Positions 63,983 to 64,000 of a DNA stretch of 64,000 bases are shown here, one piece after another (positions within the stretch are counted from its first letter, which is position 1; each line of letters begins with the position of its first letter). The stretch lies in NCBI GenBank assembly GCA_030650025.1, contig JAUSEN010000029.1, positions 287 through 64,286 of the forward strand, given 5' to 3'. The notes under the pieces were generated by a model, which worked only from the letters and a program-made list of their open reading frames with translations, did not search any database and was not told the origin of the DNA. The position numbers and the translations under genes were made by a program. Origin of the DNA: Candidatus Magasanikiibacteriota bacterium (lineage in GTDB: Bacteria; Patescibacteriota; Patescibacteriia; Magasanikbacterales; GWA2-37-8).

Positions 63983-64000
63983 ATATTCATGCCTAATAAA

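Noticed and set aside
1-64000. Searched by eye for tRNA-like T-arm motifs (GGTTCGAATCC-like), rRNA, and CRISPR direct repeats.
   Set aside because: No convincing tRNA T-loop or acceptor pairing, no rRNA-like conserved blocks and no regularly spaced short direct repeats were found. The only regular repeats are the three operator-like palindromes at 16049-16260.

Overview
This 64 kb window reads like a low-GC, tightly packed genome with mostly plus-strand genes. Starts are usually ATG in an A/T-rich context without obvious Shine-Dalgarno motifs. Several promoters match TTGACA-17-TATAAT almost perfectly. Together with short-form YidC, duplicated ECF sigma plus membrane-partner pairs, and a giant repeat-rich surface protein next to a huge glycan locus, my inference is a Patescibacteria (CPR)-like or similar small-genome bacterium. 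No tRNA, rRNA or CRISPR arrays were seen. The window divides into four parts:
(1) 1-11.4 kb holds yidC, an SPFH protein and the heat-shock operon hrcA-grpE...dnaK-orf-dnaJ. hrcA is preceded by a promoter and a CIRCE-like operator. grpE carries an N-terminal NUDIX domain fused in frame. About 4 kb of foreign-looking DNA separates grpE from dnaK. It contains queuosine-salvage genes (a YhhQ-like transporter and queF) and a tandemly duplicated two-gene module: a membrane-anchored acidic protein followed by a NYN-domain RNase. Two relic copies of the dnaK 5' end flank the second module. This is my top candidate for an undescribed system.
(2) 11.4-18.5 kb holds two paralogous pairs of ECF sigma factor plus membrane-partner protein, a large membrane-anchored extracellular protein on the minus strand, and a divergent HTH regulator. 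The HTH gene is separated from the second sigma operon by three phased palindromic operator or iteron-like repeats.
(3) 18.5-22.4 kb holds a 1242-aa GC-rich, repeat-rich secreted surface protein (S-layer-like). It is followed by a long hairpin terminator and a perfect consensus promoter.
(4) 22.4-60.1 kb is a roughly 38 kb surface-glycan locus. It contains an O-antigen ligase-like TPR fusion, many GT4 glycosyltransferases, two DegT aminotransferases, methyltransferases and an acetyltransferase. It has gmd+rmd (GDP-D-rhamnose). It has an unusual ulosonic-acid module built from a HAD phosphatase, an AroG-type DAHP-synthase homolog and a KdsB-like cytidylyltransferase. It has a tandem MetW-like methyltransferase pair with two large unknown proteins, and a pseudaminic-acid-type nonulosonic-acid cluster (pseB, pseC, pseI, CMP-synthetase) with non-canonical accessory enzymes. 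A minus-strand wzx/asnB/GT4 block and uronic-acid genes complete the locus.
The window ends with rpmA (minus strand), a small membrane protein, ftsW/rodA, rfbB and an RmlD-like reductase. The left edge holds a C-terminal PD-(D/E)xK nuclease fragment.
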